Shown: in pieces, positions 49,501 through 63,810 of the stretch
How positions within the stretch are numbered: the stretch's first letter is position 1
Layout of the letters: each line of letters opens with the position of its first letter
Source: Octopus vulgaris
Lineage: Eukaryota
Direction of reading: 5' to 3'
Length of the DNA stretch: 64,000 nt
Assembly: GCA_951406725.2 (NCBI GenBank)
Contig: OX597814.1
Coordinates: forward strand, 56,048,001 to 56,112,000
Translations under genes and position numbers: made by a program
Notes under the pieces: generated by a model
Databases searched by the model: none
The model's input: only the letters and a program-made list of their open reading frames with translations
Told to the model about the DNA's origin: nothing

Positions 49501-52500
49501 TTGATTGTTTTCCTGTGACATTTTCATCGAAGTCCAGTCTTGTTTACTAAACAAGACTGGATTTGGATGAAAATGTCACATTAATACCTTGGTTAAAGGT
49601 ATTAGTGTCACATTAATACCTTGATTAAAGTTATTAATGCCAAGCATAAACAGGTAAAGAGAGAAAGTATCCTTGAAATATTTATTTTCTAATAGTGTTG
49701 AGATTCATATTTATCTGAAATGATTTGAAAAATATACATTATATGTTTTAGATACCTGCTTACTATTGGTGTACCTTACTCATGGCTCATGTCCTTAGAA
49801 AACAGTGGGAAATTTTGTCAAAAATTTTCCAAGTCAGTCTATGCCATGCTAAAACTCTTCTTTCTCCTTCTTCAGACATTAGTTATGGCTTTGCTGGGTT
49901 TTTTTTAATCTCAGAGATTATGATGGTTTTCTTCTTGAGGAGGCATCCAGGTATTGCTTCAGGCTCTTTCATTAGATTATTACATATTTTTGTCAGTATT
50001 CTGTGTGAAATAAATCAAATGGATGTTAGATTGATGTATGAAGAACTAGTGACTTTCAGTTGTTCATCTTTTTCTTTTCTTTTTTTTTTGTAGCTGCTGA
50101 GCTAGTTCTTGAATTGGTATTGCTTTTCGTGATCGTTCAGTTGCTAGGATTATTTTTTGAAACACACTTGTCCATAGCAACCCCTTCAAATTCCTGTACA
50201 TATCTTGTTGGCAAATATATGATATTTTATTTCCATATTGACCAAATCATTGTGGATTAGCATAAAACTGTTTTGTTTTGTTCAGAGTCATTGCTACTTT
50301 TCATAATGCCAGACTTTTTTGTGATTTATCAGATAGATTAAGTGGAAGTATATGGCTTAAGATTGGGATTTAAATTCCTGGACTGAGTGATGCATTGATT
50401 TCTTGAGGAAAATACTTCATTTCACATTGCTCCAGTTAACTCTGTTGAAAAAATTGAGTATTCCTGTGATGGACTGGTGTTCCATCCAGGGGTAGTATAT
50501 ATGCCACTGAATCCAGTCTGTATGACTCAGGGAGGAGTTTTTTTTTTATTAAGATAAGTTTTAATTTATACTTTTCTCTGTTTTACTTATTGTTTAAATT
50601 TTGATATTCCTATATGGGTAGTGGTACTGCATAAATTATTTAATTTTGTTTTTTACATCTGTTTTCATTAAACATATCAAAGACAAGTTTGCATTATTTG
50701 TTGCCCTTGCTGTTTTATGACAAAGTTCTATTATTGATAGAAGGGTGCTTTTGTTTGTTTGTAGTAATGTCTGCTATCAATTTTGATTGTTTAACTATTT
50801 CAACCTTTATTGTATGGTAAAGATAAAGATACTTCCTGAGTCAAATAGACTCATAGGGCCTGTTTCCCAGTTTCAATGGTATATATATTCACCTCCTGGT
50901 TGGGACACTGGGCAGGATCGCAGGATTACTCACTTTTGCCAGCTGAATGAACCAGAGATAATGTGAAATGCAGTGTTTTGCTCCAGAGCACAATGCATTG
51001 CTTGGCCAAGCAATCGAAACTACAATCTTTTGATCATGAGTTCAACACCCTAACCTCTAAGCCACATGTCTCCATACCTTTCCATTTAAAAATTTTTCTA
51101 TTCTTAAATTTTCTTACAATCCATTTTATTCCTGTTTTCATTAGTGTAGAACTTACACCTGAATGTTAAGAGGAGTATCTTGGAGAACTCATCCCATCAA
51201 AGAACAGCTGCATGGAGATCTACCTCTTTCCACCATCATAAGGGAAAGGTTCTTGCATTTTGTGGAACATTGCTGGTGAATTAAACAAAAACTGGCAAGT
51301 GACCTCTGCAAAGACCTCCCTCAATTAATGCAGGACCAAGATGGATGGCATGCACAGGTTAAAGATATTTGAGCAAGCTTGACTAGATAATGATATGAAT
51401 TCTGGTCTGCTGTTTGCTGCTCTGTATTCTGTAGGAGTTCTAGGTTTTCATTTTATTATTTTGCTATTTATTTTATTTGTTTCACATGTGCTAGATCTGT
51501 TTTTGTGGTTTATAGTCTCAATGTTTATATCAAAATGCTTTTATTGTCATTGCCTACAGTTTTATTGTTATTTTGTTTGAGGTTTTTATTTTCCTCATAT
51601 ATTCCCCAAAGTGTCTCTATTTGTGGATTTTATATCTGTATAAAGTATTTTAATAGCATTGTTACCTGTTGAAGAATACCATACAGCTGTCGTATCTTCA
51701 ACATTTTTTTCTCTGAGAACAGAATAAGAAGTCTTTTAGCCTTTCTGTGATCAAAATGGTAACAAAATGGCAAAAGCTGAGAAATATATTTTGTTTCTAA
51801 CTTAGGCACAAGCTCAGAAGTTTGCAGGAAGGGAGCAGTCAATTATACTTAGTCAATACTTGACTGGTACTTTGTTTTAATGACTCTGAAGGATGAAAGA
51901 TAAATTGATCTGAGTGGATTTTGAACTCAGAATGTAAAGCACCAAAAGAAATACTACCAAGTGTTTTGTTTGATATTTGACTGTTTTGCCAATTTGCCTC
52001 TAAAGTATATTAGCAACACTTCTAGATTGCAATTATTGAATTATTTCTTTAAAGGTTCATTGAATTGATGATGCCTTGACTCAAGTTTGATACTTTAGAT
52101 TTTTTCTTTAGAAGTGATTCCACAATAAGTAACAGAAGATTAAAAATTATTTTGTTGTATAACTTAGCAGAAATAGAAAGTAAAGATAAGATACCCCTCA
52201 ATAGTCAGTTGGCAATATGAGGGCACCTTGCTTTGAAACAGGAATTATTTATTTAAAAAAAAAAGAAGCTTTATGATGGGATAAAGTATGTGCATTTTAA
52301 TTCAATCAAAATAGTATTTCATTCATATGTAATAAAAAACTAATGAAAAATATAAGCTTTAACAGAAGAATTTAGCAATATCATTTCACTCAGGAAAATC
52401 ACGCTCCATGTTTTTCATATCTAAAGATAACCTGATTTCACTTAAACACTGAAGAAACCTTTCAAGTACTCGACCAAAACTCAACAATTTTACAATATTG

Positions 52501-54139
52501 TACATTATGAAAATATTGTAAACTGATTTAATTTCATTTAGAAATAAATTGAATTTTCTTTTAAGTAAAGTCTTAGCAGCTATGAAATTGATTTTGCCAC
52601 AATTCTTACCACTTCATGAAAATTTTTACAGCCTAGTTCACACAGTTCTTTTTGTAAATTAAAATTGAAAGAAAGAGTTGGGCAACGGTTTTTCTAAATT
52701 ACTTTATATAATGAATATTTCAACCTACCATATTTTTGGCAAATCTATTTGTCTTTCATGAATTATTTTACATGCCTTTTCCTAGCTTAATCAATTTCTC
52801 ATAAATAGATTGTCTGAAAATATTTTAGTTAAATTTAACATGACGCTAAACGATGATGATGATGATCACCATTTGGATATTTACAGGCCCAAAGCTGATT
52901 ACATAAAAACTTCATTGGTAAGAATACTGTATTCTTCCAAGAAATCAGGCAGTCCCCCACCCCACCAATTTCTCTTTGCATGCTAAAAGTAAATTTAGCA
53001 GCCATAAACTTATTTTTGCATTAGAGTCCTCTGGGACTAGTAAAAAAAATTGTAGGATATAATATAGTCAAGAATTCAACATAAATTATGATAGGACACT
53101 TTTGACTCTTCAGCAGAATTATGAAGACTCTAGTGGGAAATAAGTTATTTTTAAGATAGCCCCAAATGTCAGAGCTAACATACATGCTGATATAGATTTG
53201 TTATGGAAGTGGCTATCAAAATCTTCTTGTGATGAAAGGAGAAAAATTAGCCCACTAATAATGGAGTTTACACTGTTCTTGATTGCAGATGAAATAATTA
53301 GTCTGTCGCTATCAACAGATTGATAATAGTCAATATCAGTGTGAGGATGAAAGAATCTGTGCTCTTGTATGGCAAATCACTTATATCTTTGCATCTTTTA
53401 CTTGTTCTTGTATGACTTATAATATTTTAAGTTTGAGCATTGAAAGTGTTAATTAGAAATTATAGAAGAACAGAGGTGACTTCTTCAAAGGCTTCCTTGT
53501 GGTAAACAAGTTCTGAAATGAGACCTAATGTGAAAGGGCCTGAATCAAACATCATAGGTCTACTAATTTGTACAGTTCCTTGATGTTTTTGAACCATGGT
53601 GCAATTAATTATGCAATGCACTTTTCCAGAAAAATAATTGATATGACTACATGCATCATGTAATCATATCAGTTGACCACTAACCCTTGTTTTTATTCAG
53701 AAACCATATCTCTTGGGGATTACCAGCTAAAGTTAAAGAGCTCATTATCTGCCAATGTGATATGATTATCCTCTGCTAGATATCAATCATGTATTTCAGT
53801 AGTTTTTGCCACAACCTTGTACAAGGACTCATACCAAATACAGTCAACTGTAGCCATCTAAAACTGGAACTCATGTCAGATGGAATCATCATTCCCTGAA
53901 GTAGTGATTGAAGTCACTGCCTTGATGGTGAGATAATGACCATAATTTCAGTGTGATTCATGAGCACCCTTCTTTTTCTTTAATAATTATGATACTTTGA
54001 GTATCATAAATACAATAAATACAATAAATGCTGCCTGTTCAGATATAAAACTAATACTGGATGCATGAATGTAAAATGGATTTCCTCCCCCAAACAGCAA
54101 TGCTACGGTTAGTTTGCAACAAATATTTGGAGTTTGGAA

Positions 54140-54945
54140 GGTGGTGAGCTAGCAGAATTGTTAGCATACCAGACAAAATGCTTAGCAGCATCTATTCTGG
54201 TTTTACATTGTGAGTTCAATTCGGTCAAGGTCTGCTTTGTCTTTCAGGATCAATGAAATAAGTACCAATTGAGCACTGGCGTCAATGTAATTGACTAACC
54301 TGCATCTCCAAAGTTTCAAGCCTTGTGCTTATAGTAGAAAGAATTATTTGGAATTTCAATGTTTGCTTGAAGCTAATCCCTTAAAATTAATCTTTCACAT
54401 TCTTGTTGAGCCAGTTCTCTGATATGGCTAAGAAATGCTATATGTAAGGTTCTAATGGAACATCCAGGGTATGACTACTGGAGAGAGAGAGGAGGAGAGG
54501 GAGAGAACAGTGGGGTATACCAACACAAGGAAAGAATCGTTTCTTTATTGACCTTGACCCTAGAAGGGTGAAAGACAAATCTCACCATGATGGTAAGATT
54601 TGAGTTCAGAGTACAGAAAACCAGAACAAATATCGTAACATATTTTATCTGACACCAACAACTTTTACAATCAATCATCTAAAATAATGTTGCAATTATT
54701 GATTATATTTGTTATTATAACATTCAATGAGGTATGAAAATGACAGAATTGGTTAGCACATTAGACAAAATACTTAGCGGCATTTCTTCTGAATTTTATA
54801 TTGAGTTGAAATTCTGTTGATGTTGACTTTACCTTTCAACCTTTTGGGCTCAATACAATTAGTACCATTTGAGCATTGGGCTTGATGTGCATCAACTAGC
54901 CCCTTCCCCATAAAATTTCATGTCTTGTGCCTGTAGTAGAAAGGA
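54140..54945. mobile_element. Three family A SINE copies in + / - / + arrangement
   Basis: Approximately 54140-54345(+), 54500-54660(-), 54730-54945(+), by similarity to 7112-7325. Confidence 0.75.
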
Positions 54946-55195
54946 TTATATACATTCAGTGGACATACTTGTGTCAGAAAAAACCCCTAAGATTTTTGCA
55001 CAGATTGACTAGTAAAATGTGGCTGGAGCATCATCACCTGAGCCAATCATGCTATTTTGATTATATAACTCTACAGAAAAGATTAAGCGAATTCCTACTG
55101 ATGTCTGAAATTCAAACAGTTTAAAAGCAAGTTGATTGGTAGATGTTAGAATAAAATCAATGGATTAATGCACACATAGATACATAAAAGTGCAT

Positions 55196-55261
<66 letters not shown>

Positions 55262-55291
55262 ACTCACACACACACACACACACACACACAA
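55196..55291. repeat. (CA)n microsatellite
   Basis: Read directly. Confidence 0.95.
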
Positions 55292-56311
55292 GATTTATAG
55301 CCAAGTTATATGCCATTAAAAATACTTTTGCTACTTATCATTTATCATGTAGATGGTGCCTGAAAACTTCAATTTGTATGCTAGTTTCTTCTCTCCCCAC
55401 TCTACTGTTCCTTGCTTTCTCTCTCTCAACAAATATTTGCTATTGCATGTTCACAGAGTTGATTCAATCTTCAACACTTCAGCTATTATAACAGGATTAT
55501 ATATCTGTCTACTGAAGATTCCAAGCGAGAGAGACTGTTCAGATTTATCTCCCATATGTATTGATAAAAAGAAAGCAATTACTCAATTTTCTTTTTCTGT
55601 ATATCAAATATATTCAACTTTTTTAATGTTTCAAGCATGAAAAATATTTTCATTCATATAACTGTTACAGCAAGACACTTGTTACAAATTCAGCTATTTA
55701 AATATTCAAATTACTTCAATTTAATTAAGAATACATTTTTTCAATCATTTCAGTCACTAGTTAAAGTCATGGTGGATGTTTAAAAATAAAGATGTGTGTA
55801 TGTGCATATATGTGTGTCTGGTGCATGTGTATGTATGTATGTGGCCAGTTACATCATTGAAAGACACTTTACTGCATTGTTCACCTAGAGATAACATCGC
55901 TTATTGACATACTTTATTTAAAAACACAATATATATTAGAGAGAGATGAAAATTGTACCAGCAGCAAGAATAGCTGATTCATTTTAGCCTTATACTCTTA
56001 ATCAACCACATGCTTAGACAAAATTCATTGCTTCCAATATATAGGAAACACTGAAGAAACAGCCACTGGTATTGCAAATAGGCATCTGGCTGACTAAAAG
56101 TCCACTAAATGTAACTTTTAAATCAAAGGCATTTTCTTCTTTCCTTTTTGTTTTCTTTCCTTTCTATAGAAGAGCGTAAGCTTGAAACATAAAAGACTTC
56201 TTCCATTTATGTTGAGTAATAAATTAATACACTCTGTTTGTTGTTCTTTCAGCTTATCGTTGTTGTTTTTGTTTTGCATCTTTGGACTATATATATATAT
56301 ATATATATATA

Positions 56312-57540
56312 TGCTCAGGGGCAATAAACTCTGGAAATGTGCAGAGAACAACTTCTGTCGCATTCCAGGGAGAAAAACTAGAAGTAGTTGATAGCTTCCA
56401 TTACCTAGGTGACCAAGTCATTAGTAGGGGTGGATGCTCTGAAAATGTAGCTGTTAGAATAAGAATAGCCTGGGAAAAGTTCAGAGAGATCCTACTTCTG
56501 CTGGTGACAAATGGCCTCTTGCTCAGAGTAAAAGGTAGATTGTATGATGCATGTGTATGAACAGCCATGCTATATGGCAGTGAAACATGAGCAGTGACTG
56601 CTGAGGACATGCGTAAGCTTGGAAAGAATGAAACCAGTATGCTCCACTGGATGTGTAATGTCAGTGTGCATATGTGACAGAGTGTAAGCACCTTCAGAGA
56701 AAAGTTGGACATAAGAAGCATTAGATGCACTGGTATGGACATGTAGTGTGAATGGATGAGGACAGCTATGTGAAAAAGTGTCACACCCTAGCAGTTGAAG
56801 GAATCTGTGGAAGAGGTAGACCCAAGAAGACCTGGGATGAGGTGGTGAAGCACGACCTTCTAACATTGGGCCTCACCAAAGCAATGATGAGTGACTGAGA
56901 CCTTTGGAAATATGCTGTGCTTGAGAAGACCCGGCAAGCCAAGGGAGATCATAACCCATGGCCTATGCCAGCAGTATAACCAGCCTATTTATGTGTTGCT
57001 TGCGAAAACCAGTTAAGGCAAGTGAAATCACAATTAAAATCAAATTCGCTGATGTAGCCACTGACAGCACCGCCTGACTGGCACCCGTGCCAGTGGTATG
57101 TTAAAAGCACCATCCAAGTGTGATTGTTGCCAGGGCCGCTGACTGGATCCCGTGCTGGTGGCACATAAAAAGCACCATTCGAGCGTGATCATTACCAGTG
57201 TTGCTTTACTGGCACTTGTACTGGTGGTATATGAAATGCAACATTTGAGCGAGGTCGTTGCCAGTGCTGCTGGACTGATTCCTGTGCAGGTGGCACATAA
57301 AAACCACCATTTGAGTTTGGCCATCATCAGTACCGCCTGACTGACCCTCATGCTGGTGTACGTAAAAGCACTCACTACACTCTCGGAGTGGTTGGCATTA
57401 GGAAGGGCATCCAGCTGTAGAAACTCTGATTTAGTAGATCAGATTGGAACCTGGTGCAGCCGTCTGGCTTGCCAGTCCTCAGTCAAACCACCCAACTCAT
57501 GCCAGCTTGGAAAGTGGATGTTAAACGATGATGATGATGA
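56312..57540 (+). mobile_element. 5'-truncated RTE LINE: RT C-terminal region plus 3' UTR with five 66-nt units and a (GAT)n tail
   Basis: GEKLEVVDSFHYLGD...RIRIAWEKFRE...KGRLYDACV*TAMLYGSET, then GRGRPKKTWDEVVKHDL; ends TAAACGATGATGATGATGA. Confidence 0.9.
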
Positions 57541-58011
57541 TATATGTATCTTGTAATTGTATTATCTGAGATTTTTACTACATCATTAAATCATACTCTT
57601 TATCTAATTTGTAATGGTCATCTTTCTCTCCATTCAGTACAGATTCTCCATTTTACTGCAAAAATGCCCCCCCTGCTCAACACACCCTTTCAACTGTAGT
57701 TTAGAGTTCAGTTCAGTTTTGTTGTTGTACAACTGAATTCAATGAGAGTGAATGTTGTCAATAAATGCATTTTTCTCTCACTGCCATGACAATTAGGTCA
57801 CATAAGCAACAGATGGTACAGTTTCAATGATACATCATAACAAAATTATATAGATCCTAATTTATGTCTGTATGTATATATAGAATCATTTTGAATGGAA
57901 CAGGTTACTTCATTTACTTCTTTTTAATGGTGTGAGGGTAGGACAATGCTCCTGTTTTTGCAAACCTTTGGAGACTGTTGAGATTGATATGACTAGTGTT
58001 CAGTATATCAA

Positions 58012-58227
58012 CCATTTAGCATTCAGATTTCTTTGTCAAGTGTATTATTTATTCACATTGTTCTGAATTAATCACACATTATCCTGTTGTTTCAAGATTT
58101 CAATGGTGCTTTTGTATATTTTTAGGGTGATATTGTAAGGTAAGTGTGAGAGGTTGGATCTGATTAGTTTTAACATAATACATGGAGAATATTTGGGTCG
58201 GATATGGATTAATTAAATACTAAAGCG
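58012..58227. mobile_element. piggyBac-type MITE (older copy)
   Basis: CCATTTAGCATTCAGA ... AATACTAAAGCG|TTAA, collinear with 2767-2986. Confidence 0.8.
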
Positions 58228-58269
58228 TTAAACATTTGTAAATCAATGTCTGCAGGAAAATCTTGAGTG

Positions 58270-58620
58270 AGTTGATGTTCAAGGGATGAAAGAATGGTCA
58301 GGGGAATTAGCATAGGGTTTGTAAGCAGTAAGTGATACATAGCATGGATAACAAGATGAAAGAGAGGGATGTGTTGAATGGGTTAGCTTGTGATGGTATA
58401 AGAGTGCTTCTGAACAGCAGAAGAAAAGACAGAGTAAGGAAACTCCGTAGAGGTTGATTGCGTATTTTCCTATCAGGCAGATAGCCTTCTTTTGAATGTT
58501 GTCTAGGATGTTTATGTGTAGCAGTGGCACCATCCCAGATGTTGGAGCAGTATTCTACTTTGAGTTTTAGATGAACTTTGTACATAATCAACAGTTAATC
58601 AAAGCCAGGTTTTAATTTGG
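58270..58620 (-). mobile_element. CR1/L2-group LINE RT C-terminal remnant
   Basis: MYKVHLKLKVEYCSNIWDGA and LDNIQKKAICLIG resemble the YK..VRP.LEYCS.IW...LD.IQ..A.RLI motif; a weaker related remnant lies near 47560-47910(-). Confidence 0.65.
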
Positions 58621-59560
58621 TGTTCAGAGTGTCATCAATCATGATGGATAATAGCATAGAATACATGGTTTCTAGGGGCTACCAAAGGTAAGTAACATGA
58701 AAAACATAGCTTCTATGGGTTACCCCTCAATATTTCCTTAAGATTGGGAGGCTAGTATATATCAAGATAATAAAAGATGTATTGTAAACTTAACCTATCT
58801 TACTATAACAATGCTCTAAACATTGCTGGGATGTACTCATTGTCATATGCAACAGCTGATGAACTGTAAACAATCTCTTTTCCAATGTCAGAGTACTCTT
58901 TTATACAACATTTTCAAGGTACTCGTCCAGCTGAGGCTTTCAAAAAAAGTGTAGATAAGCAAATGTATTAGCTAACCTGAAGTTATATACACACATGCAC
59001 GCACATGTTGATTGAAAATGTACTGAATGTACTTGTACTATTTCACTATTAGTTCAACTGGATAAGTACAAGTTATTGCCTAACTCTAGGTCAGTTGTCA
59101 TTCAACAGGCCTAGGATCAAAAGTATACAAAAGAACATGACATCATTTTTGAGGGATGTATAAGACTACATTGTCTTCCTGTTTTTAATACAGTGGGAAG
59201 TGATTTGAGGGACATTTGGTACCTTTTCCTAGCAGGTCAAGCAACCACATAATGACTCTTCTTAGAGCTCAATAAGTGCAGGCTAGTATAAAGTTATGAA
59301 AGATGAGCAGCTGATAACTGATTGGGGAGAGAAAAGGCAACTGCTTATGTTGGTGTAGGCATGGCTATGTGGTCAAGAATATTTGCAACCACATGGATTT
59401 GGGTTTGTTCCCATTGTGTGGTGCTGTAGGCAGTTGTCTTCTACTATAGTCACAGGTTGACCAATGCTTTATACATGGGATTGGTGGTGGGAAACTGTAC
59501 GGAAGCCCACCATATATATACATATATAATTACATACACACAGACAGACAGATACAGATA

Positions 59561-59591
<31 letters not shown>

Positions 59592-61636
59592 GTGTGTATA
59601 TTTATACATTCAAGTATACAAAGTGTGTGTATTTGTACCCTGACATTATTTATATGCTTAAGCTTAAAAGATATCACCATTTAGGTGGATGTGTTGCTGT
59701 TTACATTTCTCATAGAAACAAATAAATACTTTATTTCAAAACAAGGATTGGCAATAGGAAGTGCATCTGACCTTCAATACTGCCTCAGCAAGTTTCATCT
59801 AGTATTAAAAATATGCACGTAAAATTCCTGATGACAATGATAAGGCGACTGGATGCAAAACTTGATTCCCAGAATCTCCATCTGAAATGTAGCTTTTGAG
59901 GTATACTCACTACTTAAGACTGCTTGCAGCAGTAGCTTACACGTGTCGACTTTGCTTCAATGTATGGAAATTTTGAACAAGGTAAATATGTTTTTAATAT
60001 GCTTTGGTATACAGTGAACTAAAACCAACACTTGTAATCTACAGTTACCAAAGTTATAAAGGTTTCCACATAGCATTAAAGATATTTCCATTTATGTCAA
60101 CAAAACCACCCCACATAAGTTCTCATTTAGACACTATTTTTCTCAAGGAAATTATCATTGGGTTCCACTTAGTTCCTGTAATGCATGAATGTGCTAGAGT
60201 AAATCTTATTTATTCATGTCTTATTGTTTTTAGTAACAATCTTTTTATGATCTCTGTATCTATAGTTCAAGTACCAAGCATATCAAAGTTCATTGGTGTT
60301 TCATCCTTGTTTCACATATTGTGTATTATGTAGCAACAGAAATTTGAAATTTTAACATAAAGATTTACTGCTAATTTCTGTTCTATTTTAGTTTCTATCT
60401 CAGTACTAGATCATTTCTTTTTAATGCACATAAACACACAAGCACATTTTGTGTTTATGTGCATTATGGTTTACATACAAATATCTATTTCAGGTTTTAA
60501 GTTTAAATGAAATAACTTTTATTTGAAATTGTCGATTTGTTGTGAATGATTATCACGTCTGTATCATTTAAAATTGAGTTAATGCATTATAAACAGATTT
60601 ATTTATTTATGTATTTACTTATTATTTGTTAGTGCATGATTATGAACACTTTGCTTGTGAGAAATGTTAACTGCTTCATCTGACTTAGGTGATGTATGAT
60701 TGATAACAACTTTCATAACATTTGTCATATTAACTTGTGAACAAAATGAATAGTAATACAATTTTTAGATAACTGGAATATTATATTTATTGTTTACTAT
60801 ACGATACACTACTTTTCTTTTTGTCTTGTTGAAAGTATGATTAACAATGTGATTGCCAAAGTGGTAATAAAATCAAATATGAAACTTAGTTTCTATGAAT
60901 CTAAGGTTTGGCATGAAAAGAAACATGTTAAGGTTAAATTTTGTGCATTTAATTCATCATAATTTTGAAAAGAAAACAAGTAAAAGAATGTATTGTAATG
61001 ATATACATATCCTCCATCAATTGAATAAACAAGGTTGAACAAGAAAAGTTCCAGAAAAATTAGTTCCCATTTTTCAACAACGAGATATTTTCGTTACTAA
61101 CACATAGTTCTAAAATAAAGTTCTGTATTATTAATTATGAAGAATTTGTGGTATTTTCCAATCAGATTCTGAAGATAATTTACTGTTGAATATTTTTTTT
61201 CTTCCAAAACTGAAACTATGTCTTCAAAATCATTATAAAATGTTTAGTTTTTTTTTCTCTCCTCTAATTGGAAGATGGTGACTACTTTATATTTTGCACA
61301 CATCAAACATGTTCTGTAAGCAAAAGATTTGATTCTACTGCCTTTATAATGTTTGTGTATTTGAATGATTGCTTGAATATCCAAACTGCTATCTTAAAAC
61401 TTTTAAGCTAAAACATTCTGTGATAATAATGCAAAACTACTGGTTTTGTTCGTTTTCCCTTAATTGTTACTATTGAAAATTTACATATAAGGTCAGCAAC
61501 CTATCTCTGTTCATTCAGCATGTTATATACTAAGTGAGCTGTAGCTTATATGGAAAAGGAAACCATTTATGCGTTGTCAATGAAATACACCTGAGCACTT
61601 CATACAAGTTCATCATCATTATCTTAATAATAATAA

Positions 61637-61990
61637 TGATTTCAAATTTTGGCACAAGGTCAGCAATTTTTGGGGAAGAGTAAGTCAATTACATCAACCT
61701 CAGTGCTTGACTGGTACTTATTTTATTGATCCCAAAAGGACCAAAGGCAAACTTGACCTTGGTGGAGTTTGAACTCAGAACATAAAGATGGATGAAGCAT
61801 GCCAGGTAAAATGCCTAGCGACATGTCATCCATCTTTACGTTCTCAGTTCAAATCCTGCCAAGGTCAACTTTGCCTTTCATCCTTTTGGGGTCTATGAAA
61901 TAAGTACCTGTTACTCGCTGGGGTTGATGTAATCGACTAGCCCCTTTCTCCATAATTTCAGACCTTGTGCCTATAATAGAAAGGATTATT
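61637..61990. mobile_element. Head-to-head inverted pair of family A SINEs
   Basis: A minus copy (61637-61796) abuts a plus copy (about 61797-61990); both have clipped 5' heads. Confidence 0.9.
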
Positions 61991-63361
61991 ATTATTATTA
62001 TTATATGTACATATGAGCCAATGAAGGTTTGTCTTCTCAGTTACTCAACCCACTACAACAGCTGCTAAATCTTCCACATACCATTTCTCTTTCCCTAAAG
62101 CAGGAAGTACACATTAGCTTCCAGATATCCCTAAAAATGTGGTATGGTCATGGCTGGAGTTCCTCTAGTCATATGTCTACTTGATCAGGGCTGGCCTTGG
62201 GCTAAACAACAAAAACATAAGTATGTGGCAATACAATTTCTTTCAGATCAAAAGCATTCTGACTGTAATTGTCCTGTCTTTTTCTTTTCTTTTAGTACAT
62301 CACAAATTACTTTGTTCAGTATATTTAAAATGGTAGAATTTGATTTGAGGAAATTTGACAGCTATTTCTAACAGGTCAGGTAATTGCATAGAGGTTTTCT
62401 CATTGGATTTTAGAATGATTTTCAGTTTTACAGGTTTATTGTTGTTTTTAAGACAGAGTTCTTCTTGTCTTGTGGTAGCTATTTACAATTAGATGGTCAA
62501 AGTCTTTTGAGTTTTTGGTGTTTTCCCTATACACAATACTTTGCTAGCAATAGGGTATTGAAATATGGCCTTCTGGCAGCTCAGGTATTCTGAGCTAACA
62601 TAGTAAAATGTATGTAACTTAGTAAATAAAAATCTTTGTAAGACATAATCATTATCATAATTTTACTATGCTGGTATAAGTTCAATGGCTCAATGCACTC
62701 CAAGTCAGTTCTTACACAAGGTTCTTGATTTCTTAGATAGGTTAGGAATCTTGCCTTGCCCATTTGATCAATTTTGACATGGTTTTTGTGGTTCAGTGCC
62801 TTTCCTATCACCAACTGCTTTAAAGACTGTACTGTGTGAATATTATTTACTGGCCTTGTAGAGGTTGTCTTGTCTTTGGTAACACTAAAGACTTCTCTCA
62901 GTGTTGTCTTCATTCATTTATTCACCAGTACCAGCTGAATATCCTTCTTAATGCCAACCACTTTACAGAGTGTACTGGGTGCCTTTTATCTGTGACACCA
63001 GCTCTAGTAAGGTTTACCAAGTACTTGCATTATCCATTGACCGAGCTAGGTATAATATTGAAGGATGTGAAAGTATGATAGAGAAACAGGAACAGGTTTC
63101 TTGTTTAGGAGGTAGATACATGGCTTTCCCAGCTGGGGAAAGAGAGAGAGAGAGAGAGAAATGATGATGATGATGACCATTACACCTTCAAGGTAAAGGG
63201 TGATATATGAGAGAATAGGGATAGAGGAACAGAAAAGGTAGGTAAGTGTACTAGACTATGAAAAAGTGTATGACTTGGTTAGATGCATCATTCAAATGCC
63301 TTCTGTGAATTTGTTGTCTCAAATTCCTCTTTATAACATCTAATATTATTTACATAATTGA

Positions 63362-63810
63362 AGTGGTGATATGGCAGAATCTTTAGCATGCCAAGCAAAA
63401 TGCTTAGTGGCATTTCATCCATCCTTACCTTCTGGGTTCAAATTCCACCAAGGTTGACTTTACTTTTCATCTTTTGGGGATCAATAAAATAAATACCAGC
63501 TGAGTGCTTGGGTTGATGTAATCAACTTGTCTCCTCCCCTAAAATTGTTGACCGTGTGCCAAAATTTTGAAACAATATTATTTACATAATTAAGGTTGTG
63601 ATCTGGCACAATCATTAGCACACCAGGCAAAATGCTCAGCAGCATTTCGTTCGTCTTTACATTCTGAGTTCAAATTCTGCTGAGGTCATCTTTGCCTTTC
63701 ATCTTTCCTGGATTGATAAAAAAATGTACCAGTTGAACACTGAGGGCAGTATATTTGACTTACCCCTTCCCCTGAATTTGCTGACTCTGTGAAACCAATA
63801 TTTGAAACCA
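63362..63810 (+). mobile_element. Two tandem family A SINE copies
   Basis: About 63362-63575 and 63593-63810; TATTTACATAATT occurs before the first copy and again after it (possible TSD). Confidence 0.85.

Noticed and set aside
57057-57375. CRISPR-like repeat array
   Set aside because: Eukaryotic context; units are diverged whole-unit tandem repeats without unique spacers, inside a LINE 3' UTR.
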